Assembly: GCA_030704665.1 (NCBI GenBank)
Contig: JAUYID010000009.1
Span: forward strand, 458,460 to 522,459
Direction: 5' to 3'
DNA length: 64,000 nt
Origin: a bacterium
GTDB lineage: Bacteria > Patescibacteriota > Microgenomatia > Woykebacterales > RBG-16-39-9b
Positions within the stretch are counted from its first letter, which is position 1, and each line of letters opens with the position of its first letter. Both the position numbers and the translations under genes were made by a program. Under the pieces are notes generated by a model. The model saw only the letters and a program-made list of their open reading frames with translations, was not told where the DNA came from and made no database searches. Shown one piece after another: positions 16,578-25,009 of the stretch.

Positions 16578-17147
16578 TTAGACTTCTTTTTCGGTTCCGG
16601 AGAGAACCCGGGGTCGGATTTTTTGCCACCAAGAATAGTCGAGGTTTTTGAGATCCTTGAGAATACGTTTGTAAATTTCCTCAAAATAAGAATTTCCGGC
16701 TTCGATTTCTTCGAAACATTTGCTGATCAAAGATAAACCGTCGGCAACTTTGACCACCTGCGATTCGAGGCTTTTTCGAGATTGTTCTTCATGCCACAAG
16801 GCGACAAAGTCTTTTTTGAGTTTTTCGTCTAGATCCTCAAACATCATCTCAATAGTTTGGTTGTTGACTTCTCGGATGGCGGCGGCGACTTCTTCATTAA
16901 AATATTTAAACGGAGTCAAGATATCCCCGGAAAAGCCCTCCTCTTGATCATGAATGAGGGCCATTTTGACCGCCCTTTCAGTGTTAACTTCAATTTTTTC
17001 TTCTCCCAAAGCCCAACAAAGAATTTGGGTAAAGTAAGAAACATAAAAGCTGTGCTCGGCGACGGATTCGGGAAAATGGACCGGGCGGTTGTTGAAGCGT
17101 TTGACGTGAGCCAAATCACGCTTGAGTAGATGATCAAAAATAGACAT
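16578..17147 (-). CDS. HD-domain hydrolase, YfbR-like 5'-deoxynucleotidase
   Basis: ESVAEHSF, ALIHD, GDI, VKVAD. Confidence 0.85.
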   Translation of the reverse strand: MSIFDHLLKRDLAHVKRFNNRPVHFPESVAEHSFYVSYFTQILCWALGEEKIEVNTERAVKMALIHDQEEGFSGDILTPFKYFNEEVAAAIREVNNQTIEMMFEDLDEKLKKDFVALWHEEQSRKSLESQVVKVADGLSLISKCFEEIEAGNSYFEEIYKRILKDLKNLDYSWWQKIRPRVLSGTEKEV

Positions 17148-17324
17148 AAATTTTCCAAAGTATAGTTGAGAAGAAAAATCTTTGCAAAGTCAGGATTTTT
17201 CTTGAGGAAACAGCCTATAGACTATAGGTTGTAAATTAGATTCATTTCTGCTATAATATAGACCCAATAAACCAGTTTAATACAGCACGCTTGCTGTTCC
17301 AGTCAAGGTTCAAGGAGGAATCTG

Positions 17325-17708
17325 ATGGAGTGTCAATTTGGACCAGTTGGTGTTGATTGCAAACACCGAGCTGACGCCCACATCTGCAAGTACTGTGAAC
17401 GACGCGGTTGTGGCAAGGGAGGTCATCCCCACATCATCAAAAGTAGAGGTGTGTGGGTTTGCAGCAAGGTCGACCAGATTTGTCGAGATGCTCGCAAGAC
17501 CTTCCTTCGTGAACTCACCAGGGTCAAGCCTGGAGACACGATCGTTGTCGATGGGCACAACGCTGTGGTCATGGACAAGCAGCCGGTTGAACGCGAACAC
17601 TGCTATGCCCACCACGGGACTCCTGTTCCGATGGTTCGAGTTCGTGTTCGCAGGATTCCGCGCTGGGGTTGTCCTAGATTTTCTGAACACACTTCACGGG
17701 CACGTTAG
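17325..17708 (+). CDS. Cys/His-rich putative zinc-binding protein
   Basis: TTGTAA-17-TATAAT, SD AAGGAGG; multiple Cys/His clusters; hairpin 17730-17780 downstream. Confidence 0.65.
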   Translation: MECQFGPVGVDCKHRADAHICKYCERRGCGKGGHPHIIKSRGVWVCSKVDQICRDARKTFLRELTRVKPGDTIVVDGHNAVVMDKQPVEREHCYAHHGTPVPMVRVRVRRIPRWGCPRFSEHTSRAR

Positions 17709-17879
17709 GAAGAGACACTGGTTTTAATTGAGCGGGTGGTAGGGTTTTCAAGGACGCAGCCTGTCTACCCTCCACCCGCTTCGTCCTTTACACCCCAAGT
17801 TAACCTATACTTATTCACTTTAAAAACAGAGAAGCCGCGCGCTTTGAAAAAAAGCAGGCGGCTTGTCTGATCGTTTCTC

Positions 17880-18974
17880 CTAACGCCATTCTTCCTTGGG
17901 CAACCACTCTCCTGACTCCAGCTCGATTTTCTCCCTATGGTAGAGGAAAGTGAAGGCAGTTGCCGGATCGTAGGGAGTGCAGAACCAGCTACCGTTGGGT
18001 TCGCCCTCTTCTCCTCTGACCTTGGCAATACCTTTGGAACTGCGGCAGTGGTGCTGAATCTCAAAGTGAAGATGAGTTCCAGTACTGCCAAAGCTAGAGC
18101 AGACGTAGCCAGAGTTGCCGATCTCAGCGATTTTCTCCCCCTGCTTGACCTTTTGTCCTGGCTTGACTCGAGCCGAATCGGCCTTGAGGTGGAGATAAAC
18201 CGTGTTGACGTCTCGTTCCGTTTGGATGACGATGACGTTGGCAGCGTTGTAAAGCTTGCGACTGCAGCTGCCGGGCCCAAACCTGTCTTCAACCCAAAGA
18301 ACCGTGCCTGCAGCACTGGCAAGTACATCTGGATTTTTGGGGACAAAGTCCCAAGCAAGGCGATTTTCGTGATCGCTACCCTTCTGGCCAGGAGCCTGTT
18401 TGACAAAAGTCTTTGCTCCTTCTTGCCAGGGCACTCGATAGGTAGGATCTGATTCAAGGGCTACAGTCTGCTTTGCGACCGGTGGCGAAGTACAAACCTG
18501 AAGGAAGACATCGTTGTAGTCACTGTCAGTGTAGTCTTCCCAGGAGATTTGGTAGCAACCCAAACTTCCCGCCTCAATACGGGCATGGCGCCAGTCGTCG
18601 GAAAAGAAAGCCGTTCCTGAGCAAAGACTCGAGCTAGGAATGATCTCGAAAACCAGCTTTGAACCTCTCTCGTAGGTGCCGATGTTGATGGTTTTGGGAC
18701 TTGAATCGTAGCGCCCGATGAGCCTTTCGGCCATCTCAGCAGGAAGAATTGAGGCTTCAGGTTCCACCCGCAATGCCGGGGTTTCCAGCAGAAGCAACCC
18801 TTCCGAACACGAGGCTTCCCCGAGCTGCACTTTGACGGAAACTTCTGATTTTTCGGTCAGGACTAAGCCTCCAGACTGCAGAAGCAGGCTTGCAGGCTTG
18901 CCAGTACTTGCCGCCTGAGTTTTACTCTCTCCAAAGGCAGCAAGCAAGAACAATAGAACCAGTAACCAACGCAT
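17880..18974 (-). CDS. Secreted M23 family peptidase with DUF4114-like domain
   Basis: Signal peptide, WEDYTDSDYNDV, YLHL, HLHFE. Confidence 0.85.
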   Translation of the reverse strand: MRWLLVLLFLLAAFGESKTQAASTGKPASLLLQSGGLVLTEKSEVSVKVQLGEASCSEGLLLLETPALRVEPEASILPAEMAERLIGRYDSSPKTINIGTYERGSKLVFEIIPSSSLCSGTAFFSDDWRHARIEAGSLGCYQISWEDYTDSDYNDVFLQVCTSPPVAKQTVALESDPTYRVPWQEGAKTFVKQAPGQKGSDHENRLAWDFVPKNPDVLASAAGTVLWVEDRFGPGSCSRKLYNAANVIVIQTERDVNTVYLHLKADSARVKPGQKVKQGEKIAEIGNSGYVCSSFGSTGTHLHFEIQHHCRSSKGIAKVRGEEGEPNGSWFCTPYDPATAFTFLYHREKIELESGEWLPKEEWR

Positions 18975-19136
18975 TGATCACTCTCCTTGCGCTGTGGTTT
19001 TGGCGGTTTGTTAAAGAACTAGCTAGTTGTAGAAAAAGATTTTTGCTTGGTCAATATAGAATAATGAACTCTAGGATAAAGTGGCCGCGTCGTACAATAT
19101 TTGCTTTTTGTGCCTAAGTGAGCTAAAATTAAAGCA

Positions 19137-20060
19137 ATGACTCTGTCCAAGCACATTACTGACTTTCTCGAGTATCTAGAAGTTGAGAAAAATGCTTCCC
19201 AACTGACAATCCGCAACTACGACCATTACCTCAAAAGATTTTTAGGTTTTGCTGGCGATGTTGATCCCAAAGACATTACCTATGAGCTGGTTCGCAAATA
19301 CCGGGTTTTTCTTGCCCGTTGGGTCGATGAGAACTCTGGTTTGCCACTAAAAAAAATCACCCAAAACTATTTCATTATCGCTTTGCGCGCTTTCCTGCGC
19401 TATTTAGCTAAACATGATATCGAAACTTTAGCTGCTGAAAAAGTTGAGCTTGGAGACAACGAGCCCAGACCAATCAAAGTTTTAGACCCAGAGCACCTAG
19501 AAAGATTGCTCTCCGCACCAAACATCGAAAAGATTGAAGGCTTGCGCGACAAAGCTATTCTCGAGGTTTTGTTTTCAACTGGATTGCGGGTCAGTGAGCT
19601 AGCCGGTCTTGATCGAGATCACGTTAACATAGATAAAGGTGAGTTTGGTGTGATTGGGAAAGGAAGAAAAGAACGAATTGTCTTTTTGTCGGATTCTTCA
19701 AAAGAATGGCTTGGTCGCTATATCGCTCAAAGAAAAGATCTCTTCAAGCCAATTTTTATTCGCTATTCAGGTAAAGAGGATCCGAGTAAAGGTGGAGAAA
19801 AAATGCGTCTGACAACCCGTAGTATTGAAAGAATCCTCGAAAAATATGTTCGGCAAGCACATATTCCGATCAAAGCGACACCCCACACCCTGCGTCACTC
19901 TTTTGCTACTGATTTGCTAATTAACGGAGCGGATATCCGCTCGGTGCAGGAAATGCTAGGGCACGCCAACATTTCCACGACTCAAATTTATACTCACATC
20001 ACCAATAAGCAATTGAAAGACGTCCACAAAGCCTTTCATTCAGGAAATAAGTTGGATTGA
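19137..20060 (+). CDS. XerC/XerD-type tyrosine recombinase
   Basis: GLRVSEL, GKGRKER, HTLRHSFAT, LGHANISTTQIY. Confidence 0.95.
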   Translation: MTLSKHITDFLEYLEVEKNASQLTIRNYDHYLKRFLGFAGDVDPKDITYELVRKYRVFLARWVDENSGLPLKKITQNYFIIALRAFLRYLAKHDIETLAAEKVELGDNEPRPIKVLDPEHLERLLSAPNIEKIEGLRDKAILEVLFSTGLRVSELAGLDRDHVNIDKGEFGVIGKGRKERIVFLSDSSKEWLGRYIAQRKDLFKPIFIRYSGKEDPSKGGEKMRLTTRSIERILEKYVRQAHIPIKATPHTLRHSFATDLLINGADIRSVQEMLGHANISTTQIYTHITNKQLKDVHKAFHSGNKLD

Positions 20061-20338
20061 AGATGAACGTCTCAAACGGGTTTAAAAGAACTATTAGTCT
20101 TATTCTAGCTTTAATTGGAGCCTATTTTTTAGGCTTGGGAGTACCAATGTCGATTGGTTATGGACTTGGACTTCTGGTTCCTCACTCAGGATATGGAGGA
20201 AACCCCGGTGGTTTTGTTGTTTTTGTTGGAGTGGCCGGTTTCTTAACTATCTTCGCAGTGCCCTTTTTCGGAATAGTAACTTATTTAATTAGTTCCACAC
20301 TAATAAGTAAGTTTCTTCAAAACAAACATATAAATTGA
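20057..20338 (+). CDS. Hypothetical membrane protein
   Basis: Hydrophobic 93-aa ORF overlapping the xer stop. Confidence 0.55.
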   Translation: MKMNVSNGFKRTISLILALIGAYFLGLGVPMSIGYGLGLLVPHSGYGGNPGGFVVFVGVAGFLTIFAVPFFGIVTYLISSTLISKFLQNKHIN

Positions 20339-20407
20339 TTTAAGCGTGGAAAGAGCCACAGCCCTGGTTTCTGTGGCTCAGTTGTGCTCGATTCGCTGTG
20401 GTAGCTC

Positions 20408-20779
20408 TTACGGCGTTTTCGGGTCGCGATAGGGACTGCCGTCTGGGGCATCGGGATGCGAGGGTTGAAAACTCCTTTCTTTTTCGTCTCGAGCTTGCTC
20501 CGAAGATCTCAGGATTTCCAGAAGTCCATCGAGATAGTCGTTGATGAGCTTGAACCAAGGACCGGTGTTTTTGTCTCGTAGCACCGCCGGTAGGGCTTGG
20601 GTTGACCCCGAGAGTTGCGCTCTCTGACCAAGAGAAAGGATACCGACCAGGAATGCCTCCTCAATTAAATCGAGAAGCCTGTCCACTACCATCCCCGGTG
20701 TCTCTCTCCCGTTACGAAGGCTTTCCAGTACTCTTCCTGCAGAGAGGAAGAGCTCGGCCTTGGCTTGGTGACCGTCCAT
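20408..20779 (-). CDS. Hypothetical protein
   Basis: TATAAT, SD AAGGAGGAG. Confidence 0.6.
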   Translation of the reverse strand: MDGHQAKAELFLSAGRVLESLRNGRETPGMVVDRLLDLIEEAFLVGILSLGQRAQLSGSTQALPAVLRDKNTGPWFKLINDYLDGLLEILRSSEQARDEKERSFQPSHPDAPDGSPYRDPKTP

Positions 20780-20873
20780 AACTCTCCTCCTTTTTTTCTT
20801 GGTTCGGATTATAACCGAAAAGTTGTTTGCAAGCTAGAAATAGAAAAAATACTAAGCTATAATCACAAACAAG

Positions 20874-22106
20874 ATGGAACTAGAAAAAACTGATAAGGAA
20901 ATTGCCGACTTAATCAAAAAAGAAGAAAAGCGGCAAAACAGTGTCCTAAACCTGATTCCTTCCGAAAACTACGCTTCGAAGGCGGTTCGGGAAGCTTTGG
21001 GAAGCGTTTTGACGAACAAATATTCTGAAGGTTATCCCGGCAAGCGCTACTACGCCGGCAACCAAGTGGTTGACGAGATCGAAAGTCTAGCCATTGAGCG
21101 AGCCAAAAAACTTTTTGGAGTGAGCTTTGCCAATGTCCAAGCTTACTCCGGTTCCCCGGCCAACCAGGCGATTTATTTTGCCCTCGCTGAGCCTGGGGAA
21201 ACGGTCATGGGTTTGGCTTTGCCGGACGGTGGGCACTTGACTCATGGTTGGCCGGTGAACTTTTCGGGAAAATACTACAAAGCGGTTCAATACGGAGTTG
21301 ATCTGCAAACCGGGCTAATTGATTTTGAAGACTTGGAAAGGCTGGCAAAAGAACACAAACCAAAAATGATTTGGACTGGGGCGACCGCTTACAGCCGCAT
21401 TTTTGATTGGGAAAAATTTCGAAAAATTGCTGACAGCGTTGGAGCTTACTTAATTGCCGACATTTCCCATATTGCTGGGCTTGTTGTTGCCGGTGTCCAC
21501 CCTTCACCGATTGGAATTGCCGATGTCACCATGACCACCACTCACAAAAGTTTGCGAGGTCCACGGGGGGCAATTATTTTGACCAACGATGAAGAGCTGG
21601 CCACAAAAATTGATAAAGCAGTTTTTCCTGGTTTACAGGGTGGGCCCCACAACCAGACCACGGCGGCCATTGCAGTCGCCCTTGAGGAAGCCTCTCGGCC
21701 AGAGTTTCAAGAGTACGGAAAACAAATAGTTAAAAATGCTCGTAAACTGGCCGAAACATTAGTTGCCGAAAGATTAAAGCTGGTTAGTGGTGGGACGGAT
21801 AATCATCTGATGCTGATAAATCTTGGCTCTGAGGGTCCAAGCGGTAAAGAAGTTCAAGAAGCTCTTGAAAAAGCCAAGATTATCGTCAACAAAAATACAG
21901 TTCCAGGTGAGAGCCGAAAACCCTTTGTTACTAGTGGGATTCGTCTTGGGAGCCCGGCGCTGACGAGCCGAGGTTTTAAAGAAGGCGAAATGGAAAAAGT
22001 TGGCAGTTTGGTCGCCAAAATAATTAAGAACTTAGAAAGTGAAGAAAATATCAAGCAAGTTGCCTCAGAAGTAAAAACTTTGGTTGAGGAGTTTCCTTTA
22101 GACTAA
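20874..22106 (+). CDS. glyA: Serine hydroxymethyltransferase
   Basis: LIPSENY, GGHLTHG, TTTHKSLRGPRG. Confidence 0.98.
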   Translation: MELEKTDKEIADLIKKEEKRQNSVLNLIPSENYASKAVREALGSVLTNKYSEGYPGKRYYAGNQVVDEIESLAIERAKKLFGVSFANVQAYSGSPANQAIYFALAEPGETVMGLALPDGGHLTHGWPVNFSGKYYKAVQYGVDLQTGLIDFEDLERLAKEHKPKMIWTGATAYSRIFDWEKFRKIADSVGAYLIADISHIAGLVVAGVHPSPIGIADVTMTTTHKSLRGPRGAIILTNDEELATKIDKAVFPGLQGGPHNQTTAAIAVALEEASRPEFQEYGKQIVKNARKLAETLVAERLKLVSGGTDNHLMLINLGSEGPSGKEVQEALEKAKIIVNKNTVPGESRKPFVTSGIRLGSPALTSRGFKEGEMEKVGSLVAKIIKNLESEENIKQVASEVKTLVEEFPLD

Positions 22107-22112
22107 AAAGGT

Positions 22113-22390
22113 AAAAAAGCAGACAGAGCCCGGACACGCAAACAGGCAAACTCCCTTTTTCAAGGAAAGTTTAAAAGTTGCGCGTCCGGAGGTGCGTTGT
22201 AGTTAAGTCCAAGTCAAACCAGGTTTCAGCAAAATTTGAAATCCCCCGAAAGCATTCCTACTTTCTCGCTGCTGAGGTTCGGGTTGAGGTGGCTTCCTCA
22301 CACGCGCCATCGTGGGCGTTTTCGCCCAGTCTCTCTGTTTGGACAAAAACTTATGCTGCAAACCCGAAGGGTTTGAGCCTTCCACGAAGC
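22113..22390 (-). ncRNA. Putative ~270-nt structured RNA convergent with glyA
   Basis: TTGACT-17-TATTAC; C(UUCG)G hairpin, GTCCA/TGGAC-closed multiloop, long terminal stem then U-run. Confidence 0.55.
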
Positions 22391-22477
22391 TAGACAGTAA
22401 TAACATAAAGTTACCCTATAGTCAACCGACAAGCAATAAAATGTTCGAGAAACTATTCTTGTCCGCAGTTAAACCTA

Positions 22478-24964
22478 TTGACGGGAAAGCCCGAAACCAA
22501 TTATTCTCAAAGAGTGGTAATCCTTTCTGCCAGTCCTGCGACTATTTTTGATTTTGTTCTGCGTCCCTTTGCTTTGCTTTCACTTTTTGCCATCATCATC
22601 AACGTGGGGCTGATTTTCTTTATCGCTTCCAAGGGCTTAAAAGTTTCGGTCAACCGTTGGTTTATCCTCTTTGTTTCTTCGGTTGTTCTTTGGGGAGCCT
22701 CAGAATTCTTTTCTAGAATCAGCAACAACCCAACGGCAGCGAATTTTTGGTCCTCAACTGGAGCTCCGGGTTGGATCTTTGTGGCTTCTCTTTTTCTTGG
22801 GTTTACCCTTACTTATGTAGGGAAAGAGGAGATTTTGCAGGGCTTTCTAAACAGAATTCTGATTTTTGGTTTTGGCTTTCTCTTTCTTTTCTTTGTTTGG
22901 ACTACAAATGCAGTTGTTGTGCATGACACGGCAAGGTTTAAACTTGTTTACTGGGGTTGGAACGGACCTACTGGAACTTATTTCCCCATTTTCCTTGCTT
23001 GGTTGGAGACTCAATTTTTTACTTCTCTAGTACTGCTCTACCAGTTTTATCGTCGGGCCAAACAACCAGTAAAAACCCAGACTCTTCTCTGTGTCATTGC
23101 TTTGTTGGTTCCCCTGGTGATCGGAACGATCACCGATGGGCTTTTGCCTATTTTCGGGCTCGACTTCCCCGGGACCGCGATTCTAGCTACAAGTGTGATG
23201 GGGATAATCATCACTTACGCGATTCTCAAATACAATCTCTTCACCTTCAACCCGGCAACTTTTATTTCCAATATTGTTGCGACGATGAGCGAAGCGATTT
23301 TGGTCTTCGATAAATTCAAAATTATTCAGTTCGCCAACGATGCAATTGAAAATTTTCTTGGTTACAAAAAAGAGTCCCTGGTAGGTGAAAACGTCAGAAA
23401 GATTTTCTCAGATGAAAAACAATGGCGGGATTTTGAGTATCACGTCATTGGTCCTCTGACTCAAGGGGATAGCGTCAAAGGAGTCGAAACTACCTTTGTG
23501 GCCAAAAATGGAACTAAAGTGCCAGTCAGTTTCTCCGGGTCGTCTTTGAAGGATGAGCAGAACAATATCTTGGCCTATGTTGGAGTTGTGGCAGACGTGC
23601 GGGAAATAAGAAAGCTGGTGACTGATTTGGAGGCAGAACGCAACAAACTCAGTGTTGCCTTGGCAGGTATTGCCGATGGGGTTTTCGTGGTTGGTAAAGA
23701 CGGAAAAGTTTTGATTTTTAACAAGGCTTGTGAAGAAATGCTAGGGGTCAAATTTAGTGATATTGCCGAAAAGGATATTGATAAAGTCATTCAATTTTAT
23801 GAAGGTGATCAACTCCTGAGTGTGCGTGATCTCTTCCCAAAAAAACACGCCAACAAAGATCAGGTAGTAGCGACCAAGTCCAACGTCAAGGCAACTGGGC
23901 CGGCCGGGAAGGAGGTTTACGTTGACATGGTTAGCTCGGCGATTGCGGAGGGAGACATGGTCAATTTGGGGGCAATCATCACTCTACACGATGTTTCCAA
24001 GGAAAAAGAGCTCGAGGAAATGAAACTTGATTTCGTTTCGATGGCGGCTCATGAATTGCGTACGCCACTGACTTCAATTCGGGGTTACCTTTCAGTTCTC
24101 CAAGAAGATGTGGGAACAAAATTGGACCAAGAGGAAAAAGCTTTTCTTGATAAAGCCTTTATTTCCTCTAACCAACTGGCCGCTTTAGTAGAAAATCTGC
24201 TTTCTGTGTCGCGTATTGAACGCGGAGCGCTCAAAGTTCAAGCTGAAAAAGCCGACTGGGCGTCAATCGTCAATGAAGTCTATACCAATTTTCAAAATTT
24301 GGCGGAGCAGAAAAATATCAAGCTTAGCTATTCTCCGGGGAAAGATTTGCTGCCGGTCATGGTCGATAAATTCCGCATCGGTGAAGTCATTTCCAATCTT
24401 GTCGCCAACGCTCTGCAATATACTAAAGCCTATGGTAGTGTCGAGATCATTACCCAAAAGGAAAAAGATGGGGTGCTGACCCAAATCAAGGATAATGGTC
24501 AGGGAATCCCAGAGACCGCCATACCCAAGCTTTTTACCAAATTTTTCCGCGTTTCTGGAGCTCTCGAGCAGGGTTCGAAGGGAACTGGGTTGGGACTTTA
24601 TATTTCCAAAGCCATCATTGATATGCACGGGGGGAAAATTTGGGTCGAGTCTGAGCTTGGAAAAGGCAGTACTTTCAACTTTATCGTACCTTTTGCACCC
24701 AAAGATGCGCCCGACAAAGAGCCAATTGCGGTTTCCACTTCAGCTTTGATTCTTAATGCCAAGAAAATTCAGGAAAAACAGACCGCTGCTTCCGCACCAG
24801 GCAAGGCTGTGGTGGCCAAAGTCGCTGACCCAGAGCCATCTCTTGTCATTGCTACTGCAACTGAAGCTAAGGAAGTTGCCTCTGCAAAAACTGTTTCTAC
24901 AAAAATTTCTGCCCCAGGCCCCGCCCAAAAACCAAAGAGAAAATTTGTGATAAAGTCAAAATAG
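22478..24964 (+). CDS. Sensor histidine kinase (N-terminal 7TM, two PAS, HisKA, HATPase)
   Basis: AHELRTPL, N/G1/F/G2 boxes; exact start uncertain. Confidence 0.9.
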   Translation: MTGKPETNYSQRVVILSASPATIFDFVLRPFALLSLFAIIINVGLIFFIASKGLKVSVNRWFILFVSSVVLWGASEFFSRISNNPTAANFWSSTGAPGWIFVASLFLGFTLTYVGKEEILQGFLNRILIFGFGFLFLFFVWTTNAVVVHDTARFKLVYWGWNGPTGTYFPIFLAWLETQFFTSLVLLYQFYRRAKQPVKTQTLLCVIALLVPLVIGTITDGLLPIFGLDFPGTAILATSVMGIIITYAILKYNLFTFNPATFISNIVATMSEAILVFDKFKIIQFANDAIENFLGYKKESLVGENVRKIFSDEKQWRDFEYHVIGPLTQGDSVKGVETTFVAKNGTKVPVSFSGSSLKDEQNNILAYVGVVADVREIRKLVTDLEAERNKLSVALAGIADGVFVVGKDGKVLIFNKACEEMLGVKFSDIAEKDIDKVIQFYEGDQLLSVRDLFPKKHANKDQVVATKSNVKATGPAGKEVYVDMVSSAIAEGDMVNLGAIITLHDVSKEKELEEMKLDFVSMAAHELRTPLTSIRGYLSVLQEDVGTKLDQEEKAFLDKAFISSNQLAALVENLLSVSRIERGALKVQAEKADWASIVNEVYTNFQNLAEQKNIKLSYSPGKDLLPVMVDKFRIGEVISNLVANALQYTKAYGSVEIITQKEKDGVLTQIKDNGQGIPETAIPKLFTKFFRVSGALEQGSKGTGLGLYISKAIIDMHGGKIWVESELGKGSTFNFIVPFAPKDAPDKEPIAVSTSALILNAKKIQEKQTAASAPGKAVVAKVADPEPSLVIATATEAKEVASAKTVSTKISAPGPAQKPKRKFVIKSK

Positions 24965-25009
24965 GTTCCGTTATTCTCTTTTATTTCAAGGCTTTCGCAA
25001 TTAAAACAG

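Noticed and set aside
19137-20060. Prophage or island integrase
   Set aside because: Looks like a housekeeping Xer protein; no att repeats or phage genes nearby.
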